A DNA stretch of 57,670 bases, taken from Limisphaerales bacterium (GTDB lineage Bacteria > Verrucomicrobiota > Verrucomicrobiia > Limisphaerales > UBA11358). How positions within the stretch are numbered: position 1 is the first letter of the stretch; the number at the start of each line of letters is the position of its first letter. Under the pieces are notes generated by a model. That model did no database searches, was not told the origin of the DNA, and worked only from the letters and a program-made list of their open reading frames with translations. This document shows positions 49,772 through 57,670 of the stretch, piece after piece. The DNA lies in NCBI GenBank assembly GCA_052140285.1, contig JBKQUF010000154.1:1-57670 (forward strand), in the 5' to 3' direction. A program made the position numbers and the translations under genes.

Positions 49772-50874
49772 ATTCCGGCCGCAATCGCATCGCCCATCTC
49801 CCGGGTCCCCACCTTGTGGGCGCCGGATTCGACCGGGTTAAAAATGTCGCCCGTGCGATGGCCGGTTTCTATCGCGTGTTGAACGGCGGCTTCAATCGCC
49901 GCAGCCGCGTCGTTCCGCCCAAAACTGTGCCGCAACATCAATGCCGCGGAAAGAATTTGCGCGATGGGATTGGCAAGATTTTTACCGGCGATGTCCGGCG
50001 CCGTGCCACCCGCCGGCTCGTAGAACCCAAACACCCTCTCGCCCGCGCCGGAACCGAGGCTCGCGCTGGGAAGCATTCCCAGCGAGCCGCCCAGGGCTGC
50101 GGCTTCATCGCTTAAAATATCGCCGAACATGTTTTCGCACAGCATCACGTCAAATTGAGCCGGCCGCAAAACCAGTTGCATGGCCGCGTTATCCACGAAT
50201 TGGTGCTCCAATGTCACGTCGGAATAACTTTTGCCGACCCGCGTGACCACTTCGCGCCAAAGGACGCCGTTTTCCAGGACATTGGCCTTGTCAATACTGG
50301 TCACCTTTTTGCGGCGTAACCGGGCCGCCCTAAATGCCACCTGCGCGATGCGCTCGATTTCCGGCGTCGTATAGACCATCGTGTCAATGGCCCGGGCATT
50401 TCCGCCGCCGATGTCCTCGGTTTTTTTCGGCTGGCCGAAATACATGCCGCCGGTCAATTCACGCACGACCAAAACATCGATGCCCTCTCCCTGGCGTTCT
50501 TTCGTCAGCGGACAAGCATGGGCCAGCGCCTTGGGCAGTTTCACCGGGCGAAGGTTGGCGAACAGCCCGAATTCCTTGCGAATCCGCAACAATGCGGCGC
50601 GTTCGGGCCGCTCCTCCTTGGGAATCGTCGGGTCGCGGTCCGGCAGACCGACTGAGCCAAATAAAATGGCATCGGAGTTCCTGCACAATGCCAGCGTGGC
50701 GTCCGGCAGGGCGTTTCCCGCGGCATCGATTCCCGCCCATCCCACCGCGGCCTCGGTGACTTCCAGCTTGAAACCGAATTTCGTTTCCGTGGCGCGCAGG
50801 ACTTTGATTGCCTCGCGCATCACCTCCGGGCCGATGCCGTCACCGGCCAATGCTGCAATTTTGAAGATATTCAT
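49768..50874 (-). CDS. leuB: 3-isopropylmalate dehydrogenase
   Basis: [52 protein letters not shown]. Confidence 0.95.
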   Translation of the reverse strand: MNIFKIAALAGDGIGPEVMREAIKVLRATETKFGFKLEVTEAAVGWAGIDAAGNALPDATLALCRNSDAILFGSVGLPDRDPTIPKEERPERAALLRIRKEFGLFANLRPVKLPKALAHACPLTKERQGEGIDVLVVRELTGGMYFGQPKKTEDIGGGNARAIDTMVYTTPEIERIAQVAFRAARLRRKKVTSIDKANVLENGVLWREVVTRVGKSYSDVTLEHQFVDNAAMQLVLRPAQFDVMLCENMFGDILSDEAAALGGSLGMLPSASLGSGAGERVFGFYEPAGGTAPDIAGKNLANPIAQILSAALMLRHSFGRNDAAAAIEAAVQHAIETGHRTGDIFNPVESGAHKVGTREMGDAIAAGI

Positions 50875-50960
50875 TTGGAGCGGCGATTTTAGATTGTTGC
50901 GGCGGCGTGACAATGGAATTTTGCATTCGACATTCGCCTTTCCGCATTTGAAATTTACTG

Positions 50961-51470
50961 ATGGTTTTGCCTTACAAAGTGGCCACGTTGCTGTTTTGCT
51001 TCAATGACCACGACGAAGTTCTTTTGCTGGAGCGCGCCAGGGAGCCAAATCGCGGGAATTGGAGTCCGTGCGGCGGCAAATTGAAAACTGAAACGGGGGA
51101 GTCGCCCTATGCTTGCGCCTGCCGCGAAGCGAAGGAGGAAATGGGCGCCGACTTTTCCGCGACCGATTTGCATCTGGCGGGAATCATCAGTGAACACGGC
51201 TACCAGGGACAGACTCATTGGTTGATGTTTCTCTTTGAGGTGAAAAAAAAGATCGGGACACTTCCGGCCGATTGCCACGAAGGCCGGTTCGGTTTTTTTC
51301 GCCGGGAACAGATTGATTCGTTGAAAATTGCCCAAACCGACCGGGAACGGATTTGGCCCTGGTTTTGGAAATTTCGCGGCGGTTTTTTCGCGGCGCATTG
51401 CCATTGCCACCCCGATGGCACGAACGACTGGACCCTGGAAGAATTTTTTTATGGACGAACCGATCATTGA
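50961..51470 (+). CDS. NUDIX hydrolase
   Basis: Nudix box GGKLKTETGESPYACACREAKEEMG. Confidence 0.9.
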   Translation: MVLPYKVATLLFCFNDHDEVLLLERAREPNRGNWSPCGGKLKTETGESPYACACREAKEEMGADFSATDLHLAGIISEHGYQGQTHWLMFLFEVKKKIGTLPADCHEGRFGFFRREQIDSLKIAQTDRERIWPWFWKFRGGFFAAHCHCHPDGTNDWTLEEFFYGRTDH

Positions 51471-51927
51471 TCTGCACAGCGATGAACATTTCATGCGCGA
51501 GGCCTTGCGGCAGGCGGCGCGCGCCCGCGAAATGGGCGAAGTGCCGGTCGGGACCGTCATCGTCCGCGCGGGAAAAATCGTGGCGCGGGCGTTCAACCAG
51601 GTGGAACTGCTCAAAGATGCCACGGCCCACGCCGAGATGCTCGCGCTCACCCAGGCGGAGGCGGCCGTGGGAGATTGGCGGTTGGTCGATTGCACGCTCT
51701 ACGTCACCAAGGAACCGTGCCCCATGTGTGCCGGCGCCATCGTCCATACGCGGCTGGCGCGGGTCGTCTTTGGCGCCGCCGACCCCAAGGCTGGCGCCGC
51801 CGGAAGCGCCCTGAATCTCCTGCAATTTCCCACCTTGAATCATCGATGCGACATTGCGGGCGGCGTCTGCGAAAAAGATTGCCGCGCCATGCTGAAGAGT
51901 TTTTTCGCGGAGCAACGCCAAAAATAA
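51451..51927 (+). CDS. tadA: tRNA adenosine(34) deaminase
   Basis: EVPVG, TAHAE, EPCPMC, ADPKAGA, FFAEQR; start MDEPII. Confidence 0.93.
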   Translation: MDEPIIDLHSDEHFMREALRQAARAREMGEVPVGTVIVRAGKIVARAFNQVELLKDATAHAEMLALTQAEAAVGDWRLVDCTLYVTKEPCPMCAGAIVHTRLARVVFGAADPKAGAAGSALNLLQFPTLNHRCDIAGGVCEKDCRAMLKSFFAEQRQK

Positions 51928-51928
51928 A

Positions 51929-51960
51929 ACGAGGCATCCTTACGGATGCCTCGTGGTTTT
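51929..51960. terminator. Probable bidirectional intrinsic terminator
   Basis: ACGAGGCATCC-TTAC-GGATGCCTCGT perfect 11-bp stem with A/T tracts either side, between convergent genes. Confidence 0.85.
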
Positions 51961-51974
51961 AAATAGATGCTGTC

Positions 51975-52742
51975 TCAGGGAAAATTGTATGACGGGCCAG
52001 TGGTATCGCTGCCGGAAATACCGTTGGTCGAATTAATGAGGGCCTGCCTGAATGTGTTGACAGTGGTTTGGGCAACGCTGCCGTCGGTCAAACCAATATT
52101 GCCTTCCCCAAGATGCAGGTCTCCCGAACTCCATCCCCATTCACCCAATCCGTTTAGGGTGGCGGCACCGCCGCAATTATAATGCTGATCAGGGTTAAGC
52201 ATCGTAGGCGGGGGGGTGGGGCTGTTCAGCACAGCATCCGCGCCAACATTACGATCTCCAAAAATTACCATCCCCGGATAATTTTCCGTCGCGTCACCGC
52301 CTATAAAGTAGCTTATGAATGAATTATTGAATGCTTGAAAGTTGGTTGCCGCGTATGGAACATGACCGTTCGGAGTGGTGTCAGAGGTGCAATATAGGAT
52401 TTTGGGCGTGGACATTTGGTTGGAAACCACTTGGAACAATTTATATGGATTATATTGCGGGGGGTTATAAGCAGCTGTATTGTAATAACTTGCCACGTAT
52501 TCTTGGGCGCCGCCACTGAGCGTTGATATTACCATCGGAAATTGGTCTCCGTTATCTCCTTCCCACAATTTGAAGGCAAGATAGACTTCCTTGAGGTTGT
52601 TAACGCAATTAATGCGTTGCGCTTTGCGCTTGGCCGCGGCAAGCGCGGGCAGCAGCATCGCCGCCAAAATGGCGATGATCGCAATCACGACGAGCAGTTC
52701 GATCAGCGTGAATGCTTTCTTTTGGGTGAGGACTTTTTTCAT
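51975..52742 (-). CDS. Prepilin-type N-terminal cleavage/methylation protein with H-X9-DG motif
   Basis: KKA|[24 protein letters not shown]...CVNNLK; [12 protein letters not shown]; AT-rich body. Confidence 0.92.
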   Translation of the reverse strand: MKKVLTQKKAFTLIELLVVIAIIAILAAMLLPALAAAKRKAQRINCVNNLKEVYLAFKLWEGDNGDQFPMVISTLSGGAQEYVASYYNTAAYNPPQYNPYKLFQVVSNQMSTPKILYCTSDTTPNGHVPYAATNFQAFNNSFISYFIGGDATENYPGMVIFGDRNVGADAVLNSPTPPPTMLNPDQHYNCGGAATLNGLGEWGWSSGDLHLGEGNIGLTDGSVAQTTVNTFRQALINSTNGISGSDTTGPSYNFP

Positions 52743-52832
52743 ACTTTTACGTTATTTTGTTTTTTGTTCCGGTGACGGATTGCCGACTCTTCATGAATCC
52801 GGCAGGCTGTCAATGGCTTATGGCAATCCCTA

Positions 52833-52848
52833 AGCATTGTCAATGCCA
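52833..52848 (-). promoter_or_regulatory. Candidate sigma54 (-24/-12) promoter for the prepilin gene
   Basis: Minus strand TGGCATTGACAATGCT, GG and GC at canonical spacing, ~90 bp upstream of ATG. Confidence 0.5.
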
Positions 52849-53134
52849 TCGACTCTTTCTCTCAAAAAGCCAAGAAATCTGAGCATCGGTTCAGTTCGGA
52901 AGGCGAGTTTGCATGAAATTTTCACGCACCGCGCGTGAAAATCACGCATCTCCCTTTAGCCACAACTATGCAATTGGGCGAAGCGGCCTCATGCAAAGAC
53001 CGCAAAAGGTCGCACCGAATTTTTAAACCTTTGCTCTTTGTGTGAGACCCGGCCATCCCGGCCGCTTTGCGCCGCCTGTCACTTTTAACTTCTTAAAACT
53101 TGTAACTTTATTTCCAAATGTTGAGACTAAACGA

Positions 53135-54730
53135 ATGTCCGAATCTCGAGAAAACCCGTTCATGGAGAAGATCGTCTCCTTGTGCAAGCGGCGCGGGTTT
53201 ATTTACCAATCATCGGAAATTTACGGCGGCATCAATGGGTTTTGGGATTACGGCCCACTGGGAGCTGAACTCAAACGCAATGTCAAGGACCTCTGGTGGA
53301 ATGCCATGACCCGCCAGCGCGATGATGTTGTCGGCTTGGAAGCCACCATCATTATGTCCCCGGAGATTTGGAAGGCCAGCGGCCACGTGGCGACCTTTAC
53401 TGACCCCATGATCGACTGCAAGACCTGCAAGGGCCGCTTTCGCGCCGATCAGACCGGGGAAATTCCCTGTCCGCAAAAGCCCAGCAAAATGGTTTCGGAA
53501 TGTCATGGTGATAAAACCGCCCCGCGCGCATTCAACCTGATGTTTCAGACCTATGTCGGCCCCGTGCAGGATGAATCGGCCATCGCTTACCTCCGTCCCG
53601 AGACCGCCCAGGCCATTTTTGCGCAGTTCAAAAATGTTTTGGAAACCTCGCGCCAAAAAGTTCCCTTTGGCATCGCCCAGGTCGGAAAGGCGTTCCGCAA
53701 TGAAGTCACGCCCCGCAACTACACCTTCCGCTCCCGCGAATTTGAGCAAATGGAATTGGAATTTTTCATCAAACCGGACGAAGTCGTGGAAGCGATCTCC
53801 CAATCCGTGACCGTGCCGGCCACCAAAGGCCATCCGGGCGAGCCGCGACCCGATTGGGGATGGCAACTTTGGCACCAGTACTGGGTCGAGGAACGCATCA
53901 AATTTTACGAGGGCATTGGCCTGCCGCGCGCCACCCTCGAGGAGTACTGGCAAAAGCCTGAGGAACTGGCGCATTATGCCCGGGCCACCGTGGACATCCT
54001 ATTCAAATTTCCGTTCGGCACCCAGGAACTGGAAGGCATCGCCGCCCGCAGCGATTTTGACCTGTCCCAACACGAGCGCTTTTCGGGGAAATCAATGGGG
54101 GTCTTCGACGAAGAATTACGCGCGGCCTGGGCCAAATTGCCCAAGGAAAAACAAGAGGACCTGTGGCGCCGCTATTACGAACACCGGAAACGTTACCTGG
54201 AAAAATCCGGCGTGGCTGCGGAACAGGCGGCCAGGGACGCGACCGAGGACGCCAACGGCCTCGGCAAAGGGCAGTACATCCCGCATGTCATTGAACCGAG
54301 CGCCGGCGTTGACCGTTTAATTCTGGCCTTGCTCTGCCACGCCTATTCCGAAGTCACCGAAACGGACAGCAAAGGCAAAAGTGAGACTCGCGTGGTTCTA
54401 AAATTCCATCCCGCCATCGCGCCGATCAAAGTCGGCGTGCTGCCCCTCTTGAAAAACAAACCGCCGCTCGTGCAAAAAACGACGGAGATCCGCGATTTGT
54501 TGCGCCCCTGGATGAACGTGTTCTACGATGACGCCGGCTCAATCGGCCGCCGTTATGCCCGCCAGGACGAGGCCGGCACGCCGTTTTGCGTGACGATTGA
54601 TTTTGAAACTCTTGGAGAAGCCGGAGATGCTTTAAAGGATACGGTCACCGTCCGTTATCGCGACGACGGCCGGCAGGAACGCCTTCCTATCGCTGAACTT
54701 TTGGACTGGTTGCTGGTCAAAATCCGATAA
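53135..54730 (+). CDS. glyQS: Glycine--tRNA ligase, homodimeric type
   Basis: SEIYGG, DYGPLG, YLRPETAQ, GKAFRNE, REFEQME, VIEPSAG, IGRRYARQDEAGTP. Confidence 0.97.
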   Translation: MSESRENPFMEKIVSLCKRRGFIYQSSEIYGGINGFWDYGPLGAELKRNVKDLWWNAMTRQRDDVVGLEATIIMSPEIWKASGHVATFTDPMIDCKTCKGRFRADQTGEIPCPQKPSKMVSECHGDKTAPRAFNLMFQTYVGPVQDESAIAYLRPETAQAIFAQFKNVLETSRQKVPFGIAQVGKAFRNEVTPRNYTFRSREFEQMELEFFIKPDEVVEAISQSVTVPATKGHPGEPRPDWGWQLWHQYWVEERIKFYEGIGLPRATLEEYWQKPEELAHYARATVDILFKFPFGTQELEGIAARSDFDLSQHERFSGKSMGVFDEELRAAWAKLPKEKQEDLWRRYYEHRKRYLEKSGVAAEQAARDATEDANGLGKGQYIPHVIEPSAGVDRLILALLCHAYSEVTETDSKGKSETRVVLKFHPAIAPIKVGVLPLLKNKPPLVQKTTEIRDLLRPWMNVFYDDAGSIGRRYARQDEAGTPFCVTIDFETLGEAGDALKDTVTVRYRDDGRQERLPIAELLDWLLVKIR

Positions 54731-55272
54731 TGGCAGAAGCCCCAAAAATTGCCGCCCCAAAAAAAGGGGCGCCGACGCTTTATCTTATTGTCGCGATAAA
54801 ATTAGCCAAGGGCATCGCCCTGCTCCTGACCGCCGCGGGAATCTATTCCCTGGCCGGGAAGGACTTGGGCGGCCTCTTTGATCAATTCGTCCATTGGATC
54901 CATCTCGACCCCGAAAATCGCTTCTTCAATAATATTAGTGATTGGCTGGATACCGTCACTGCCGCCAATGTGCGCGGGCTGGCCGCCGGCACTTTTTTGT
55001 ATGGTTTATTTTTGCTGGTGAGCGGCACCGGCCTGGCGATGCGGGCCAAATGGGCTATTTGGCTGACCATTGGCGAATCGGCGTTTTTTATCCCCATCGA
55101 GGTTTATGAATTGGTCCGCCGCCTGGGCCGGCAAGTTTCCGATACCGATGAAACGGCCCATGTTCCCTACCCCAAGATCGGGCTGCTGATCGTCCTCGTT
55201 ATCAACATCATCGTCGTGTGGTATCTGCTGAAAAACCGGCGGCGCCTGTTTCGCCAGCCGCGCCGCCATTGA
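54730..55272 (+). CDS. DUF2127 family membrane protein
   Basis: IKLAKG, HLDP, FIPIEVYEL, INIIVVWYL. Confidence 0.8.
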   Translation: MAEAPKIAAPKKGAPTLYLIVAIKLAKGIALLLTAAGIYSLAGKDLGGLFDQFVHWIHLDPENRFFNNISDWLDTVTAANVRGLAAGTFLYGLFLLVSGTGLAMRAKWAIWLTIGESAFFIPIEVYELVRRLGRQVSDTDETAHVPYPKIGLLIVLVINIIVVWYLLKNRRRLFRQPRRH

Positions 55273-55396
55273 TGTCACGCAGATTTTACTTGCATTTCCT
55301 CTGCTGGCAGTTTAATAAACAGGCACAATTTGAATTGCCGGATGGCAATTATTTGATGCCAAAAATTATCGTCATGCCAAAACCAACGAGGGTGTC

Positions 55397-56098
55397 TTGA
55401 GTCGCCCTTTTCCTTCACGTCATTCTCCGCCTGCTTCGTTCGTCCGGGTAAACGGCAAAATTCGCGCCCGCGAAGTCCGCGTCATCAAAGACGACAAGCA
55501 GCTCGGCATTTTCCCCCTGAACGAAGCCCTGAACATGGCGCGCCTGAATGGGGTGGACCTCGTCGAAATATCGCCCAACGCCACCCCGCCGGTCTGCCGG
55601 CTCGTGGACTTCGGAAAATTCCGCTACGAATTGGCCAAGCGCGAAAAGGAATCCCGCAAGCACCAGCACGCCACCACCGTCAAGGAAGTGCAATTAAGCC
55701 CACGCATCGATCCGCACGATCTTGGCATTAAAATCAGCCATGCCATCCAGTTTCTTTGCGAAGACATGAAGGTGAAAGTCGCCCTCAAATTCCGCGGCCG
55801 CGAAATGGCCCACACCGAAATCGGATTTGAAGTCATGAAGGATTTTCTGGCCAAAATCGCGCCCTTCGGCAGTCCCGATTTCGAGCCGAAGCTGATCGGC
55901 AAGGGGATCCACGCCATGGTCAGTCCGCTTCCCCGCAACAAGCGCGCCAAAAACCCCTATAAAACGGACGAAAATCCTGCGCCTGATAAGAATTCCAAGG
56001 AATCCGCGCCCCAGCCCTCGAAGCAAAAAATCGAAGTGTCCACCGAGCCTAAAGCCGAATTCTCCCATAATCCCTTCGCCAAGCTCGAAGTGAAATGA
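55397..56098 (+). CDS. infC: Translation initiation factor IF-3
   Basis: RVNGKIRAREVRVI, DLVEISP...PPVCRLVDFGKFRYE, KVKVALKFRGRE; TTG start. Confidence 0.97.
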   Translation: MSRPFPSRHSPPASFVRVNGKIRAREVRVIKDDKQLGIFPLNEALNMARLNGVDLVEISPNATPPVCRLVDFGKFRYELAKREKESRKHQHATTVKEVQLSPRIDPHDLGIKISHAIQFLCEDMKVKVALKFRGREMAHTEIGFEVMKDFLAKIAPFGSPDFEPKLIGKGIHAMVSPLPRNKRAKNPYKTDENPAPDKNSKESAPQPSKQKIEVSTEPKAEFSHNPFAKLEVK

Positions 56099-56133
56099 AT
56101 TCGTGCTTCAGGTTCGGAACCAGCATGGTTTCT

Positions 56134-57582
56134 TCATTGGTTTGAATCCGTGTTCGCAAATTCACGAACCAATTCCGGAAAATGGCAGTCGCTGCAAATC
56201 GCGTCGGAATGCTCGCAGAAATCGCGGACAATCTGCATCAAACCCTGCTGGGCGGTCACTGTCTTCAAGACCTTGTCGCTTGAGGTCCCCAACAGCCGTT
56301 GCCGCGCCAGTTTTAAAATCGAATTGTCCTCCGCCTTCGGCCACAAAGAGTACCGCCGCTCCACCTCGCGCCGGATGTTTTCGCTGCCGCCTTCCTTGGC
56401 GCGAATCCACAGCCATGGTAAAATGACGTTCACCGCCAAGTCCGTCACCCGCGCGGTTCCCAGCAACGGTTGCGGCTTTTCCATCCGCGCCGACTTGAAG
56501 GTCCAATGCCAGGACCAAAAATCGTCGTGCCCGACCTGAAGGATGGCCTGGAGCGATTCCACCAGCTTTTTTTCGGGAACCTCCGCGGTGACCCATCCTT
56601 CAATTTTGGCTGTCAATTCGTTGCCGGCCAGCCAGTGCGACGCCAGCGCCAGTCGCCGTTGCGGATGGTTGGAGGGTCGCAACCCGTGAAATTTCCAGAC
56701 TTCCCGTGGCAAAATCAGTTCCGAAAACTCATCGCGCTCGCGCCACCAGGAATCCCACGCGCGGCGCAGGTAATTGTCCGTATTTCGTTGGGACCGGGTC
56801 AATTGGTCCGGCAACAAACCGCCGAGACCCAGCAATCGCACCTGGAACTCGAACGCCGAACCTGCGCCAAGCGAGAATTCCGCCCTGTCTTCGGCGAGAT
56901 TTTGCATTGGCCACGAATTGTGCTTGTAACCAAGCGCGCGAAACAGTCCCTCCCACAGCGCCTGCTCCCAGCCCGCGCTTTTCGCCCGGGCGCGCAATTG
57001 CGCCGCCTTGTTTTCAAAACGCACCCGCGCCGCCTGATCCAGCAATCCGGCCAGTTTCACTTCGTCCAGTTCGCGCAACGGCGCGCGGCATCTCCCGCGC
57101 AAATCCTCCGGCAACGACCGCAGCGATTCTTTTTCCAGCGACAAACTCAATTCCGCCAACGACGCATCCAAAACGTGTTCGAGCGGAATTACCGGCGGGC
57201 CGGGAGCGGGGTCCGTTGTGGAACGGCGTTCACCATTCCACACCGCGTGCAGCACGACGTTCTTGAAGTTCGGGTTCTTGTCGTGACCATGCGCCCGCCA
57301 GCCGCCGGGCGCCAAATCCACCTCCACGTCTCCCGAATGCGGCGACTCCTGTCCAATTTGGATGACCGCGCCCTGAAAATCCGGCCCGCCCTCAAGGCTG
57401 GCGAAGCCGGGATGGAGTACCCGCACCGCTTTTCCATCCACGGTTTTCAGTTCCTCCCGCCGCAGCCGTTGGTGTTGCCAGACGGCTTGGAGCAACCGTT
57501 CGGTGGGAAAATTCTCATCGCGCAGGAAATTCTCCGCGCAACCGCGCGCGCGCCAGCGCGCATAAAAGTTTTCCGGGGCCAT
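56134..57582 (-). CDS. DUF2851 family protein
   Basis: ERLLQAVW, GGPDF, GDVEVD, WRAHGHD.NPNF.NVVLH, LRPSNHPQRRLA, QQGLMQI, terminal Cys cluster. Confidence 0.85.
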   Translation of the reverse strand: MAPENFYARWRARGCAENFLRDENFPTERLLQAVWQHQRLRREELKTVDGKAVRVLHPGFASLEGGPDFQGAVIQIGQESPHSGDVEVDLAPGGWRAHGHDKNPNFKNVVLHAVWNGERRSTTDPAPGPPVIPLEHVLDASLAELSLSLEKESLRSLPEDLRGRCRAPLRELDEVKLAGLLDQAARVRFENKAAQLRARAKSAGWEQALWEGLFRALGYKHNSWPMQNLAEDRAEFSLGAGSAFEFQVRLLGLGGLLPDQLTRSQRNTDNYLRRAWDSWWRERDEFSELILPREVWKFHGLRPSNHPQRRLALASHWLAGNELTAKIEGWVTAEVPEKKLVESLQAILQVGHDDFWSWHWTFKSARMEKPQPLLGTARVTDLAVNVILPWLWIRAKEGGSENIRREVERRYSLWPKAEDNSILKLARQRLLGTSSDKVLKTVTAQQGLMQIVRDFCEHSDAICSDCHFPELVREFANTDSNQ

Positions 57583-57670
57583 GCCGGTTTGGTTTGCGGC
57601 TTTGCCGCTCCAAAGTCAAGTTCGCAAAATTTTGGACAATGTATTAATCTCAAAATGCGGGCGGGGGGGG

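Noticed and set aside
50915-50956. Degenerate 7-bp repeats (CATTCGA CATTCGC...) and TAACTT repeats near 53080-53110
   Set aside because: Too short and degenerate to call with confidence, though they may belong to the same repeat families.
52743-53134. c-di-GMP riboswitch or T-box leader
   Set aside because: Only fragments resemble the consensus; I could not build a coherent structure by eye.
57655-57670. Terminal G-run
   Set aside because: Cut by the window edge; cannot be interpreted.

Overview
GC-rich bacterial chromosomal window. The H-X9-DG prepilin, DUF2851, homodimeric GlyRS and TN-rich exported proteins suggest Verrucomicrobiota, probably subdivision 3 (inference). About 42 CDS. Housekeeping: rlmD, thiD, purH, gltB/gltD, miaB, leuB, tadA, glyQS, infC, polX. 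Envelope and transport: a CecR-type HlyD/ABC/TolC efflux locus, a beta-barrel/wzc/wza/FHA polysaccharide export cluster, a GT-C(DUF2723-like)-TPR/GT4/WecA cluster, a double DUF3857-transglutaminase protein and an internally duplicated AsmA-like protein. Accessory-looking genes: GH79, two RlaP-type nucleotidyltransferases around a truncated DUF4261-like gene, an aspartic protease between gltB and gltD, a frameshifted ORF6N gene and vapBC. I saw no rRNA, tRNA, CRISPR array, integrase or transposase. Strongest leads: (1) a direction-specific Thr-Asn dipeptide excess in periplasmic proteins that is absent from the outer-membrane barrel, possibly the sequon of a general protein glycosylation system with a candidate transferase operon in the window; (2) an ORF6N gene whose two upstream palindromes recur inside its own coding sequence; (3) intergenic mosaics of stacked, nested repeat families, two of which bracket the nucleotidyltransferase pair. 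All counts are by hand and family calls are by motif recognition, not database search.
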